A stretch of DNA of 64,000 nt from an uncultured Actinomycetota bacterium (GTDB lineage Bacteria > Actinomycetota > Actinomycetes > Propionibacteriales > Nocardioidaceae): assembly GCA_963826265.1 (NCBI GenBank), contig CAWGWH010000002.1, positions 1,283,246 through 1,347,245 on the forward strand, in the 5' to 3' direction. The notes beneath the pieces were generated by a model that worked only from the letters and a program-made list of their open reading frames with translations, did no database searches and was not told the DNA's origin. Positions 1 to 9,725 of this stretch are shown piece after piece (position 1 is the first letter of the stretch; every line of letters starts with the position of its first letter). Made by a program: the position numbers and the translations under genes.

Positions 1-1
1 T

Positions 2-232
2 GAGGCGATCGGTGGCGAGATCATCAACGTCACCCGTGAGGGCACGCAGTGCGCGACGTTCGAGGAGTGCGCGACGCTGCTCGCGGACGGCGAGGACATC
101 GACTATGAAGGTGCCAGCGGTCCGACCGACATGAACGACACCGGTAGCCCGGCGTCCGGCACGATCGGCATCAACGAGTACACCGGCAACAAGTACGAGC
201 AGATCGACACGGTCTCTGGCCTGGTCGAGTGA
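2..232 (+). CDS. 3' end of a branched-chain amino acid ABC transporter substrate-binding protein (LivK/LivJ-like), cut by the window edge
   Basis: The frame starting at base 2 is open and ends ...DYEGASGPTDMNDTGSPASGTIGINEYTGNKYEQIDTVSGLVE* at TGA 230-232. The C-terminus looks like a type-I periplasmic binding protein. It sits next to livFGMH and is followed by a strong hairpin. Confidence 0.55.
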   Translation, partial: EAIGGEIINVTREGTQCATFEECATLLADGEDIDYEGASGPTDMNDTGSPASGTIGINEYTGNKYEQIDTVSGLVE

Positions 233-252
233 TCTGACTCAGCACCACGAAA

Positions 253-282
253 GAACCCCCCGGCCGTGAGGCCGGGGGGTTC
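253..282. terminator. Bidirectional intrinsic terminator hairpin between the convergent livK-like gene and livF
   Basis: GAACCCCCCGGCC-GTGA-GGCCGGGGGGTTC forms a perfect 13-bp stem, flanked by T-rich runs on both strands. Confidence 0.65.
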
Positions 283-317
283 CTTTCGCGTCGTTGGGCG
301 TGGGCGAGACGGGTCGG

Positions 318-1094
318 TCAGTCCTTGCCGAGGGTGCCGAGGTAGAGCTCGATCACCTTCGGGTCCTTCGCCAGGTCCTTGCCGGTTCCTGTGTAGGCGT
401 TGCGGCCCTGGTCGAGGACGTAGCCGCGGTCGCTGATCTGCAAGCAGCGGCTGGCGTTCTGCTCGACCATGATGACCGAGACCCCGGCCCGGTTGATCTT
501 GCGGGTCTGGACGAACACCTCGTCCTGCATCACGGGAGACAGCCCGGCCGACGGCTCGTCGAGCAACAGCACGGACGGCTCCATCATCAGCGCCCGACCC
601 ATGGCGACCATCTGCCGCTCACCACCCGACAACGAGCCGGCCCGCTGGCTGCGGCGGTCGTGGAGGGGCGGGAACAGGTCCCCGACGAACTCGAAGCGCT
701 TCTTGAAGGAGCTTGGGCGCTGGTAGACGCCCATCTCGAGGTTCTCCTGGATGGTGAGCGAGGGGAACACGTTGTTGTTCTGTGGGACGAAGCCGATGCC
801 CTTGCTGACCAGCCGGTCAGCGCGTTGGTTGGTGATGTCGTCGCCCTTGAGCGTGACGGTCCCGGAAGTGATCGTCACCAGCCCGAAGAGCGCCTTGAGC
901 AGGGTGGACTTCCCGGCCCCGTTGGGGCCGATGATCCCGACCAGCTCGCCCTCCTGGCAGTACAGGTCGGATCCGTTGAGGATGTTGACACCCGGCAGGT
1001 AGCCGGCCACCAGGTCGTCGGCGCGCAGCACCGCGCCCTCGGCGGCGGAGAGGTGTGCGCTCCGGTCGACGGTGGGCGTCTCGGTCTCAGCCAC
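318..1094 (-). CDS. livF: Branched-chain amino acid ABC transporter ATP-binding protein (LivF type)
   Basis: 258 aa with Walker A GPNGAGKST, ABC signature LSGGERQ and Walker B LLLDEPS. Its start overlaps the livG stop by 8 nt. Confidence 0.9.
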   Translation of the reverse strand: MAETETPTVDRSAHLSAAEGAVLRADDLVAGYLPGVNILNGSDLYCQEGELVGIIGPNGAGKSTLLKALFGLVTITSGTVTLKGDDITNQRADRLVSKGIGFVPQNNNVFPSLTIQENLEMGVYQRPSSFKKRFEFVGDLFPPLHDRRSQRAGSLSGGERQMVAMGRALMMEPSVLLLDEPSAGLSPVMQDEVFVQTRKINRAGVSVIMVEQNASRCLQISDRGYVLDQGRNAYTGTGKDLAKDPKVIELYLGTLGKD

Positions 1095-2085
1095 GGTTCT
1101 CCTCCTCGACGGCAGTGTCGGCTTCGGTGTCGGCCTCGTCGGCGTGCTCGGCCTCGAGCTCGGCCTGGGCCGCGGCGAGGATCTCCGCTTCCACGTCCTC
1201 GCTGAGGTCGACGTCGTGGTGGGAGCCGAGGTAGGCGTCGATGACCGCAGGGTTGCTCATCACCGCGTCGGGCGGCCCTTCGGCCACGATCTGGCCCTGC
1301 GCCATCACGATCACCCAGTCGGAGATGTCACGCACCATGTCCATGTCGTGCTCGACGAACAGCACGGTCCGCCCCTCGTCACGCAGCGACTTCACGTGGC
1401 CGAGCAGCGACTGCTTGAGCGCCGGGTTCACACCCGCCATCGGCTCGTCGAGCATCACCAGCTCGGGCTCGGCCATCAGTGCACGCGCCATCTCGAGCAG
1501 CTTGCGCTGGCCGCCGGACAGTGAGCCGGCGAAGTCCTCACGCTTCTTGATGAGCAAGAAGCGCTCGAGCAGGTCGTCGGCCTTGGACGTGTTGGACGCC
1601 TCCTGGCCTGCCCACAGCGGTCGGAACATCGCACTCAGCAGGCTCTCGCCCTTCTGGCCGGTGGCGCCGACCCGCATGTTCTCGATCACGGTCAGTTTGG
1701 AGAGCACCTTGGTGAGCTGGAAGGTGCGCACCATGCCCATCCGGGAGACCTTGTACGCCGGCACGTTGTTCAGCGAGGTGCCGTTGAACGACCAGCTGCC
1801 CTCGTTGGGGCGGTCGAACCCGGTCAGCAGGTTGAAGAACGTCGTCTTGCCGGCGCCGTTGGGGCCGATCAGGGCGGTGATGACACCTCGCTGGACCTCG
1901 ACGTGCTGGACGTCGACGGCGGTCAGGCCGCCGAACTGTCGCACGATGCCGTCGGCGACCACGATCGGATCGGGCTTGGATGCCCCCGGCTCGCGGTCGA
2001 CGTCCTGGAGCGCCCTCCGGGCGGCCGAGATGTCGACGCCTGTCACGTTCTCGGTCGGGGTGGTGGTGGTCACGTCAGCGGGCAT
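1087..2085 (-). CDS. livG: Branched-chain amino acid ABC transporter ATP-binding protein (LivG type) with an acidic C-terminal tail
   Basis: 332 aa with GPNGAGKTT, LSGGQRK and VMLDEP motifs. The C-terminal approx 45 aa are D/E-rich (EAEHADEADTEADTAVEEENRG). Confidence 0.9.
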   Translation of the reverse strand: MPADVTTTTPTENVTGVDISAARRALQDVDREPGASKPDPIVVADGIVRQFGGLTAVDVQHVEVQRGVITALIGPNGAGKTTFFNLLTGFDRPNEGSWSFNGTSLNNVPAYKVSRMGMVRTFQLTKVLSKLTVIENMRVGATGQKGESLLSAMFRPLWAGQEASNTSKADDLLERFLLIKKREDFAGSLSGGQRKLLEMARALMAEPELVMLDEPMAGVNPALKQSLLGHVKSLRDEGRTVLFVEHDMDMVRDISDWVIVMAQGQIVAEGPPDAVMSNPAVIDAYLGSHHDVDLSEDVEAEILAAAQAELEAEHADEADTEADTAVEEENRG

Positions 2086-3070
2086 CGAGCGCCAGCTCCC
2101 TTCGGTCTCCGAAGATCCCTTGTGGTCGGAAGATCATCAACAGCATCAACCCGAGACCGAGGAAGATGAACCGCATCAGGCTCGCCTGCTGCGAGTCCAT
2201 GATCGCCGGTGGGATGAGTGGGTTCTCCCCGCGCGTGGCTTGGCTGAAGAACGTGCCGAGGCCGGTGATGAGGAACCAGAAGATCACCGCACCGGCGACC
2301 GGGCCGAGCACCCGGGCCGCTCCGCCGATCAGCAGCACTGTGTAGGCGAAGAACGTCACGTCGGTCGCGAAGAACGACGGGCCGACGGCGGCGGAGCGAA
2401 GGGCGACCATGAAGCCCGCCAGCGCCCCGAACAGGCCGCCGATGACCAGCGACTGCATCTTGTAGGCGTAGACGTTCTTGCCGAGCGAGCGGACCGCGTC
2501 CTCGTCCTCACGGATCGACTTCAGCACCCGGCCCCACGGGCTGCGCATCAGCAACCAGACCACAAGGCACGACAGGATGACCATCGCCCAGCCGACCGTC
2601 ATCACCCAGGTGTCGTACGCGCTCCACTCCACGATCCCGAGGTCCAGGGAGCTCGAGTAGGGGTTGGCGGCGCGGAAGCCGCTGATGAAGTCGGTGACGC
2701 CGTCCTGCCCGCCGAACGTGTCGGAGAACTTGGCAGCACTGATGGTCTGCCGGATGATCTCGGCGGCCGCGATGGTCACGATCGCGAGGTAGTCGGCGCG
2801 CAGTCGCAGCGTGGGCACACCGAGCAGCAGCGCCAACACCACCGTCAGAAGCAGGCCGACGACCACGCCGAGCCACAGCGAGGTGGAGAAGATGGTCACC
2901 GCCGAGGCGATGGAGTAGCCGGCGATCATCATGAAGCCGGCCTGGCCGAAGTTCAGCAGTCCGGTGTAGCCGAAGTGAACGTTGAGCCCGATTGCGGCGA
3001 GGCAGTAGATGATTGCCGTGGGGCCGAGAGCCTGCTGGAGCGAGTCGCCCAGGATGGTCACGAAGTCCAT
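2075..3070 (-). CDS. livM: Branched-chain amino acid ABC transporter permease (LivM type)
   Basis: 331 aa polytopic membrane protein. Its position between livH and livG is typical. Its stop overlaps the livG start. Confidence 0.88.
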   Translation of the reverse strand: MDFVTILGDSLQQALGPTAIIYCLAAIGLNVHFGYTGLLNFGQAGFMMIAGYSIASAVTIFSTSLWLGVVVGLLLTVVLALLLGVPTLRLRADYLAIVTIAAAEIIRQTISAAKFSDTFGGQDGVTDFISGFRAANPYSSSLDLGIVEWSAYDTWVMTVGWAMVILSCLVVWLLMRSPWGRVLKSIREDEDAVRSLGKNVYAYKMQSLVIGGLFGALAGFMVALRSAAVGPSFFATDVTFFAYTVLLIGGAARVLGPVAGAVIFWFLITGLGTFFSQATRGENPLIPPAIMDSQQASLMRFIFLGLGLMLLMIFRPQGIFGDRRELALDAR

Positions 3071-3085
3071 GTCTTCCGTCCTTCC

Positions 3086-4492
3086 TCAGCCGACTCGCTG
3101 GGCCCGGCCGAGCAGACCCTGTGGTCGGATGAGCAGCACCACGATCAGAACGAGCAGTGCGCCCACGAACTTGAACTCGGCCGGCACGAAGAGCGTCGTG
3201 AGCTCGGTGAACAGGCCGATGATGAACGCGCCGACGATCGCGCCCCAGATGGTTCCGAGACCGCCGAGCACGACGGCCGCGAACACGAGGAGCAGGATCT
3301 TGAACCCGATCTGATAGTCGAAGCCTTGTGTGAGGCCTAGCAGCGCGCCGGCCAGGCCGGCCAGGGCGGCGCCGCCGATCCAGACGATCGAGATCACCCG
3401 CTCGACGTTGATGCCGGTGGCGGAGGAGAGCGCCGGGTTGTCGGCGACCGCCCGGGTCGCCTTCCCGATCCGGGTGTACTGCAGGAGGGCGGTCGTCGCA
3501 AACAGCGCTGACATCGCGAGCAGGAACACGACCACCTCCTTGGGCGTCACCAGCAGCGGCCCGATCTCCCACGGGGTGACCGCGGAGTACTGCGAGTAGT
3601 TGCGGCTCTGCGCGCCCGAGAAGTACTGGTAGATGCTGCGTAGGAAGATCGAGAGTCCGATGCTCACGATCATCATCGCGATGACGCCGGTGCCCCTGCT
3701 GCGCAGCGGATGCCACAGCGCCGCGTCGTTCAACCACCCGAATGCCGCCGAGAGTGCGAACGCGAACAGGACGCCGACGATGACGGTGATGTTGGCGCCG
3801 CCGATCGACACCTCTCCCGGCAACTGGTCGAAGGCGAACGCCATGATCGCCCCGAACGTGACCAGCTCACCGTGCGCGAAGTTAGTCAGCCCCGTAGTGC
3901 CGAAGATCATCGACAGGCCGAGGGCTGCCATCGCCAGCAATGACGAGAACACCAGGCCGCCGACCGTCAGCTGCAGCGCCTGCGTCAGCTTGCCGGAGCC
4001 ACCGCCGGTGAGGTCGCCGACCGGGAACGTCACGGACTGGTCGTTGTCGAGGTTGACCGGCACGCTGCGGGAGAGGACCTCGGGCTCGGTGTCCTCCGGC
4101 AGGGTCTCCTCGTCGAGCGTCACGGTGAAGGTCGACCCGAGCAGCTCCACCGGCGCACCCGGGAGGTCGACCACGAAGGTGCCGTCAGCGGCGCTGGTGC
4201 CCTCGCCGACCACCTCACCGGCTTCGTCCTCGACGGTGACGGTGACTCCTTCGACGCCCACTGCGGGCGTCTCGCGGCGGTCACAGATCCGGCCGAGGAT
4301 CGAGATCGTGTCGTCGTCCGTCGCCTCGGGGAGTGCGCATGCCGTCCCGGTGCCGGATGCCGGTGCTGCGACGGCCGGGGACGCGACCGCAACCGCCGTC
4401 CAGCCCGACACGATCAGAGCGGCCAAGAGCGCGAGCAGTGCCCTGGCGGCACGCGCACGTGGAGGTCGTGGTGTGTGCCCAGATGAATGCAA
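3086..4492 (-). CDS. livH: Branched-chain amino acid ABC transporter permease (LivH type) with an approx 168-aa N-terminal signal/TM plus beta-sandwich-like extension
   Basis: 468 aa. The C-terminal approx 300 aa match LivH-like permease sequence (GLSMIFGTTGLTNFAHGE...). The N-terminus has a positively charged hydrophobic leader, then GVEGVTVTVEDEAGEVVGEGTSAADGTFVVDLPG. Confidence 0.85.
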   Translation of the reverse strand: MHSSGHTPRPPRARAARALLALLAALIVSGWTAVAVASPAVAAPASGTGTACALPEATDDDTISILGRICDRRETPAVGVEGVTVTVEDEAGEVVGEGTSAADGTFVVDLPGAPVELLGSTFTVTLDEETLPEDTEPEVLSRSVPVNLDNDQSVTFPVGDLTGGGSGKLTQALQLTVGGLVFSSLLAMAALGLSMIFGTTGLTNFAHGELVTFGAIMAFAFDQLPGEVSIGGANITVIVGVLFAFALSAAFGWLNDAALWHPLRSRGTGVIAMMIVSIGLSIFLRSIYQYFSGAQSRNYSQYSAVTPWEIGPLLVTPKEVVVFLLAMSALFATTALLQYTRIGKATRAVADNPALSSATGINVERVISIVWIGGAALAGLAGALLGLTQGFDYQIGFKILLLVFAAVVLGGLGTIWGAIVGAFIIGLFTELTTLFVPAEFKFVGALLVLIVVLLIRPQGLLGRAQRVG

Positions 4493-4590
4493 TGGTCCTC
4501 CGTTCCGACGCCCGAGTGGCGTAGGTGGTGCCAGGACAATACCGAGTGATGGGGGTCACGCGGGATAGGTAGCGTCGCGTTACCGAGGCG

Positions 4591-5337
4591 TTACCCCACG
4601 GCCGCCGCCAGAGCCACCAGGAACGGGGCCACGACGAGCGCCGGCAGGAGGTCCGCGACCGGGATCTGACGCACCCGCAGCAGCCGCAGAGCGACCCCGA
4701 CCAGCAGCAGGCCGCCGACGGCCGTGAGCGCGGCGACGTGCGCGTCGGGGAGCACGTCGCCGAGCAGCACACCCACGACGGTGAGCCCGCCCTGGACCAC
4801 GATCACGGTCAGCGCGCTGGCCGCGACGCCCCAGCCGAAGGACGCCGCGAACGCCATCGCCGCGAACCCGTCCAGCGCGGATTTCAGGAAGAGCTCCTCG
4901 GCCCCGCGACCGAGCCCGTCGTTCAGGGATCCCAGGATCGTCAGCGGTCCGGTGCAGAAGAGGAGGGACGCCGCGACGAAGCCCTCCACGAACCGGTGCC
5001 GCTCGGCCGAGCCGGTGTCGGCCGTGAGGCGTCGCTGCAGCCAGCCCCCGATCGACTCGACCCGCTCCTCGAGCCGGAGCAGCGAACCCACGATCCCGCC
5101 GACCAGTAGAGACCCCAGGACGACCAGCATCGGGGCGCTGCTGCCGATGTGCGCGACCAGCTCCGGGTCGGTCACCGCGAGCGCCGAGAGGATGGCGATG
5201 AGCAGCGTCACCAGGCCCAGACCATCCGTCACGACATCCCGCGTGCGCTCCGAGAGACGGTGCCCGAGGAGGACCCCGAGCCCGGCTCCGAGCAGCACGG
5301 TGGCGACGTTCACGACGGTTCCGATACCCGGGAACAC
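4591..5337 (-). CDS. DUF554-family integral membrane protein
   Basis: 248 aa starting MFPGIGTVVNVATVLLGAGLGVLLGHRL, with multiple TM segments, as in YdfK/YqgA-type DUF554 proteins. Confidence 0.7.
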   Translation of the reverse strand: MFPGIGTVVNVATVLLGAGLGVLLGHRLSERTRDVVTDGLGLVTLLIAILSALAVTDPELVAHIGSSAPMLVVLGSLLVGGIVGSLLRLEERVESIGGWLQRRLTADTGSAERHRFVEGFVAASLLFCTGPLTILGSLNDGLGRGAEELFLKSALDGFAAMAFAASFGWGVAASALTVIVVQGGLTVVGVLLGDVLPDAHVAALTAVGGLLLVGVALRLLRVRQIPVADLLPALVVAPFLVALAAAVG

Positions 5338-5431
5338 AGGACTCCTCTGACAAGTCGGGACGCCTGAGCGTAGTCTCGGCTCACGAACCGGGTTCGGGGG
5401 ACACGAGATCCGGCGGACATGAGGGGTCCAG

Positions 5432-6004
5432 ATGCGGGCTCAGGTCCTGCTGCGACCGGCGCTGGCTGCCGACGCGCATGCCTTGGTGGACGTCTGGACC
5501 GACGTCTTGAGGCGCGTGGAGCGCGACCAGCAGCTCGAGGACGTCCGGCAGGTGATCGACCGTGTCGAGGCGGTGCCGGGGGAGCGGATCACGGTCGCCG
5601 AGGTCGACGGCCAGGTGGTCGGCGCCGTGCACCTGCGCGCGACCACGGTTAGCCCGATCAACCTCGACCCGGTGGTCCAGGCCATCTCCCCGCACGTGCT
5701 GCCGGAGTTCCGGCGGCACGGGATCGGGACCGCGCTCGTGGAGGCCGCGGTCGCCTTCGCCGAGGAGCTCGGGATCGGTCACATCGCCACGGCCGTCAGT
5801 GCCGCCGCCCGCGATTCCAACCGGTTCATGGCCCGGCTGGCCCTCGGGCCAGTCGCGACGCTGCGGGTCGCGCCGGTGGGCGCGGTCAAGGGACGGCTCC
5901 AGGCGCAGCGCCCGATGCTGGGGCGCGCCACCGGCCGGCAGCTCCCGAAGGTCCTCGCCGCCCGGCGCTCGATGCGGCGTCAGGGCGTCACGCCCTCGCG
6001 CTGA
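5432..6004 (+). CDS. GNAT-family N-acetyltransferase
   Basis: 190 aa with the GNAT motif A region VLPEFRRHGIGTALVEAAVAFA. Confidence 0.7.
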   Translation: MRAQVLLRPALAADAHALVDVWTDVLRRVERDQQLEDVRQVIDRVEAVPGERITVAEVDGQVVGAVHLRATTVSPINLDPVVQAISPHVLPEFRRHGIGTALVEAAVAFAEELGIGHIATAVSAAARDSNRFMARLALGPVATLRVAPVGAVKGRLQAQRPMLGRATGRQLPKVLAARRSMRRQGVTPSR

Positions 6005-6035
6005 GATTGTCCCCGGCGGCCGTTAGAGTCGCGTC

Positions 6036-8714
6036 GTGCCCGAGCCCCAGCCCACTGCGCCGCGCCTGTTGCTGCTCGACGGTCACTCGATGGCCTACCG
6101 CGCCTTCTTCGCGCTGCCGGTCGAGAACTTCTCCACCACCTCCGGCCAGCACACCAACGCCGTCTACGGCTTCACCTCGATGCTCGTCAACGTGCTGCGC
6201 GACGAGCAGCCCACCCACATCGCGGTGGCTTTCGACAAGTCCCGTCACACGTTCCGGCTGCAGGAGTACGCCGACTACAAGGCCGGCCGCAACAAGACGC
6301 CCAGCGAGTTCTCCTCGCAGCTCCCGCTGATCCAGGAGCTTCTCGACGCACTGCGGATCCCTTACCTGGAGCAGGAGGGGTACGAAGCCGACGACATCAT
6401 CGCGACGCTGGCCACCGAGGCCGGGCGCGAGGGGCTCCAGGTGCTGATCGTCTCCGGCGACCGTGACTCGTTCCAGCTGGTCACCGACACGTGCACCGTG
6501 CTCTACCCGATGCGCGGCGTCTCCGAGCTGGCCCGGATGACGCCGGAGGCTGTCGAGGCGAAGTACGGCGTGCCCCCGACCCGCTATCCCGAGCTCGCGG
6601 CGCTGGTGGGGGAGACGTCCGACAACCTGCCGGGCGTCCCCGGTGTCGGCCAGGGCTACGCGGCGAAATGGCTGAACCAGTACGACGGTCTCGACAACGT
6701 GATCGAGCACGCCGACGAGGTCACCGGCAAGAAAGGCGAGGCGCTGCGCGCCCACCTGTCCGACGTCATGCGCAACCGCCGGCTCAACGAGCTGGTCCGC
6801 GACCTCGACCTCGACCTCTCGCCGGACGACCTGCTGCACCGGGGCTGGGACCGTCATCGCGCCTTGGAGCTGTTCGACGAGCTCGAGTTCCGCGGCGAGC
6901 TGCGCACGCGCACCGTCGACGCGCTGGGGGAGGAGGAGCCGCTCGAGGAGGGCGGCTTCGAGCTCGACGGCCGCACCCTCGCCGCCGACGAGGTCGGTCC
7001 TTTCCTCGACGGGCTATCCGACCAGGTCGTGGGCGTCTATGTCCGCGGCAGCTGGGGTGCGGGCACCGGCTCCGTCGACGGGGTCGCGGTCGCCGCCGCG
7101 ACCGGAAGCGCGGCGTACGCCGACGTCGCCGAGCTCACGCCGGACGACGAGAAGGCACTCGCCGACTGGCTCGCGGACCCGCGGCGGCCCAAGGTGCTCC
7201 ACGACGCCAAGGGCCCGACGCTGGCCCTGGCGGCCCAGGGGTGGGAGCTGGCGGGCGTCGTGAGCGACACGGCGCTGACCGCCTACCTCGCCCAGCCGGA
7301 GCAGCGCTCCTACGCCCTGGCCGACCTGACACTGCGCTACCTGCGTCGCGAGCTGAAGGAGGAGGCCGACGACGACCAGGGCGAGCTGTTCGAGGCCGGC
7401 CCCGACGTCGGCGCCACGGCCATGCTCCATGCGCGGGCGGTGATCGACCTGGCCGAGGCGCTGGACGGCGAGGTGGAGCGGGCCGGCGGCAAGCGCCTCA
7501 TCACCGAGGTGGAGCTACCGCTGGTCGACGTCCTGGCCCGGATGGAGCGGATCGGCATCGCGGTGGATCATGACCACCTCGAGTCCCTCGAGTCCCACTT
7601 CGCCGACGAGGTCAGGCGCGCCGCCGACGATGCATTCGCCGTGATCGGCAAGGAGATCAACCTCGGGTCGCCCAAGCAGCTGCAGGTGGTGCTGTTCGAC
7701 GAGCTCGACATGCCCAAGACCAAGCGCACCAAGACCGGCTACACGACCGACGCCGATGCGCTGCAGTCCCTGTACGAGAAGACCGAGCACCCGTTCCTGA
7801 CCGCGCTGCTGCGCCACCGCGACGTGGCCCGGCTCCGGCAGACGATCGAGGGGCTGCTCAAGACGGTCGCGTCCGACGGCCGGATCCACACGACGTTCAA
7901 CCAGACGATCGCCGCGACCGGCCGGCTGTCGAGCACCGACCCGAACCTCCAGAACATCCCGATCCGCACCGAGGAGGGTCGCCGGATCCGCGAAGGCTTC
8001 GTGGTGGGCGCCGGGTCCGACTGCCTGCTGACTGCCGACTACAGCCAGATCGAGATGCGGATCATGGCGCACCTGTCCGAGGACGAGCTGTTGATCGAGG
8101 CGTTCCGCAGCGGCCGCGACTTCCACGCCGTGACCGCGGCGCGGGTGTTCGGGGTCGAGCCCTCCGACGTCAACACCGAGATGCGCGCCAAGATCAAGGC
8201 GATGAACTACGGCCTCGCCTACGGCCTGTCCGCGTTCGGACTGAGCCAGCAGCTGCGGATCGATCCGGGCGAGGCGCGCGGCCTGATGGACGAGTACTTC
8301 GAGACCTTCGGCGGGGTGCGCGACTACCTCGCGGGGGTGGTCGAAGAGGCCCGTCGCAGCGGCTTCACCGAGACCATCTGGGGGCGGCGGCGCTACCTGC
8401 CCGACCTGACCAGCGACAACCGGCAACGGCGCGAGATGGCCGAGCGGATGGCGCTGAACGCACCCATCCAGGGCTCCGCCGCCGACCTGATCAAGGTCGC
8501 CATGCTCAACGTCGACCGAGGAATCCGCGACGCCGGCCTCGCGTCGCGCATGCTGCTGCAGGTGCACGACGAGCTCGTGTTCGAGGTCGCTCAGGGCGAG
8601 CGCGGCCAGCTCGACGCGCTCGTCCGTGAGCAGATGGGCGCCGCGGCCGACCTCCGGGTCCCGCTCGACGTCTCGGTCGGCACCGGCCGCAGCTGGCACG
8701 ACGCCGCACACTGA
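6036..8714 (+). CDS. polA: DNA polymerase I
   Basis: 892 aa. It has the 5'-nuclease N-terminus (LLLLDGHSMAYRAFFALP) and polymerase motifs DYSQIEMRIMAH and QVHDELVFE. The start codon is GTG. Confidence 0.97.
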   Translation: MPEPQPTAPRLLLLDGHSMAYRAFFALPVENFSTTSGQHTNAVYGFTSMLVNVLRDEQPTHIAVAFDKSRHTFRLQEYADYKAGRNKTPSEFSSQLPLIQELLDALRIPYLEQEGYEADDIIATLATEAGREGLQVLIVSGDRDSFQLVTDTCTVLYPMRGVSELARMTPEAVEAKYGVPPTRYPELAALVGETSDNLPGVPGVGQGYAAKWLNQYDGLDNVIEHADEVTGKKGEALRAHLSDVMRNRRLNELVRDLDLDLSPDDLLHRGWDRHRALELFDELEFRGELRTRTVDALGEEEPLEEGGFELDGRTLAADEVGPFLDGLSDQVVGVYVRGSWGAGTGSVDGVAVAAATGSAAYADVAELTPDDEKALADWLADPRRPKVLHDAKGPTLALAAQGWELAGVVSDTALTAYLAQPEQRSYALADLTLRYLRRELKEEADDDQGELFEAGPDVGATAMLHARAVIDLAEALDGEVERAGGKRLITEVELPLVDVLARMERIGIAVDHDHLESLESHFADEVRRAADDAFAVIGKEINLGSPKQLQVVLFDELDMPKTKRTKTGYTTDADALQSLYEKTEHPFLTALLRHRDVARLRQTIEGLLKTVASDGRIHTTFNQTIAATGRLSSTDPNLQNIPIRTEEGRRIREGFVVGAGSDCLLTADYSQIEMRIMAHLSEDELLIEAFRSGRDFHAVTAARVFGVEPSDVNTEMRAKIKAMNYGLAYGLSAFGLSQQLRIDPGEARGLMDEYFETFGGVRDYLAGVVEEARRSGFTETIWGRRRYLPDLTSDNRQRREMAERMALNAPIQGSAADLIKVAMLNVDRGIRDAGLASRMLLQVHDELVFEVAQGERGQLDALVREQMGAAADLRVPLDVSVGTGRSWHDAAH

Positions 8715-8725
8715 CCGAGGACGTA

Positions 8726-8783
8726 TCTCCCAATCCCGGGCGGTGCCAGCGACGCCCGCTGGCATCCACCTGGGATCGGGAGA
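8726..8783. terminator. Long imperfect hairpin between convergent polA and rmlA
   Basis: TCTCCCAATCCC...GGGATCGGGAGA forms the outer stem with one mismatch. GCCAG/CTGGC forms an inner stem. Confidence 0.4.
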
Positions 8784-8791
8784 AAACGCCC

Positions 8792-9667
8792 TCACAGAAG
8801 CTTGGGAGACCTCAGGACGTCCAGGAGATAGTCGCCGTAGCCGCTCGCGGTGAGCTCGGCGGCACAGCTGCGGAGCTGGTCGTCGTCGATGAAGCCCATC
8901 CGCCATGCGACCTCCTCGGGGCACCCGAGCTTGGTCCCCTGCCGCCGTTCTACGTGGCGCACGAAGCGGCTGGCGTCGTTGAGGTCGTCGAAGGTCCCCG
9001 TGTCGAGCCACGCCGTTCCGCGCGGGAGCTTCTCGACGAGCAGCCGGCCCTCGGCCAGGTACAGGCGGTTGAGATCGGTGATCTCGAGCTCGCCGCGGGC
9101 CGACGGCGTGAGCGTCCTGGCTCGTTCGACGACGTCGGTGCCGTAGAAGTAGAGCCCGGGAACGGCGTACCGGCTGCGAGGGTGCTCCGGCTTCTCCTCG
9201 AGCGAGATCGCGACACCGTCGTCCCCGAACTCGACGACGCCGTAAGCGGACGGGTCGGAGACGCGGTAGCCGAAGACCGCCGCTCCGTCGATGTCTTGGA
9301 ACCGCCGCAGGTGGTTGCCCAGCCCACGCCCGTGGAAGATGTTGTCGCCGAGGACCAGGGCGACCCGGTCGCCGGCGATGTGCTCCTCGCCGATCAGGAA
9401 CGCCTGCGCGAGCCCCAGTGGCTCGGGCTGCACGGCGTAGGTGATCCGTACGCCCAGCGGCGCGCCGTCCCCGAGCAACCTGCGGAATTGCTCGTTCTCG
9501 TGCGGGGTGGTGATCACGAGGATGTCCCGGATCCCTGCGAGCATCAGGGTGGAGAGCGGGTAGTAGATCATCGGCTTGTCGTAGACCGGCGCCAGCTGCT
9601 TGCTGACGGCCCGCGTGATCGGGTGGAGCCGGCTGCCGGTGCCACCGGCGAGGATGATGCCGCGCAT
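8792..9667 (-). CDS. rmlA: Glucose-1-phosphate thymidylyltransferase
   Basis: 291 aa starting [46 protein letters not shown]. The ORF-track entry 8792..10021 carries a spurious 118-codon upstream extension. Confidence 0.93.
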   Translation of the reverse strand: MRGIILAGGTGSRLHPITRAVSKQLAPVYDKPMIYYPLSTLMLAGIRDILVITTPHENEQFRRLLGDGAPLGVRITYAVQPEPLGLAQAFLIGEEHIAGDRVALVLGDNIFHGRGLGNHLRRFQDIDGAAVFGYRVSDPSAYGVVEFGDDGVAISLEEKPEHPRSRYAVPGLYFYGTDVVERARTLTPSARGELEITDLNRLYLAEGRLLVEKLPRGTAWLDTGTFDDLNDASRFVRHVERRQGTKLGCPEEVAWRMGFIDDDQLRSCAAELTASGYGDYLLDVLRSPKLL

Positions 9668-9725
9668 GCTTCGATACTTCCAGACGTCGAACGGGTCGAC
9701 GCTGTGAGCCGGCCGAGAGGAGACC

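Noticed and set aside
1241-3340. 699-aa plus-strand ORF
   Set aside because: It is antisense to livG, livM and livH and has no motifs, only a Ser/Arg/Pro-rich translation.
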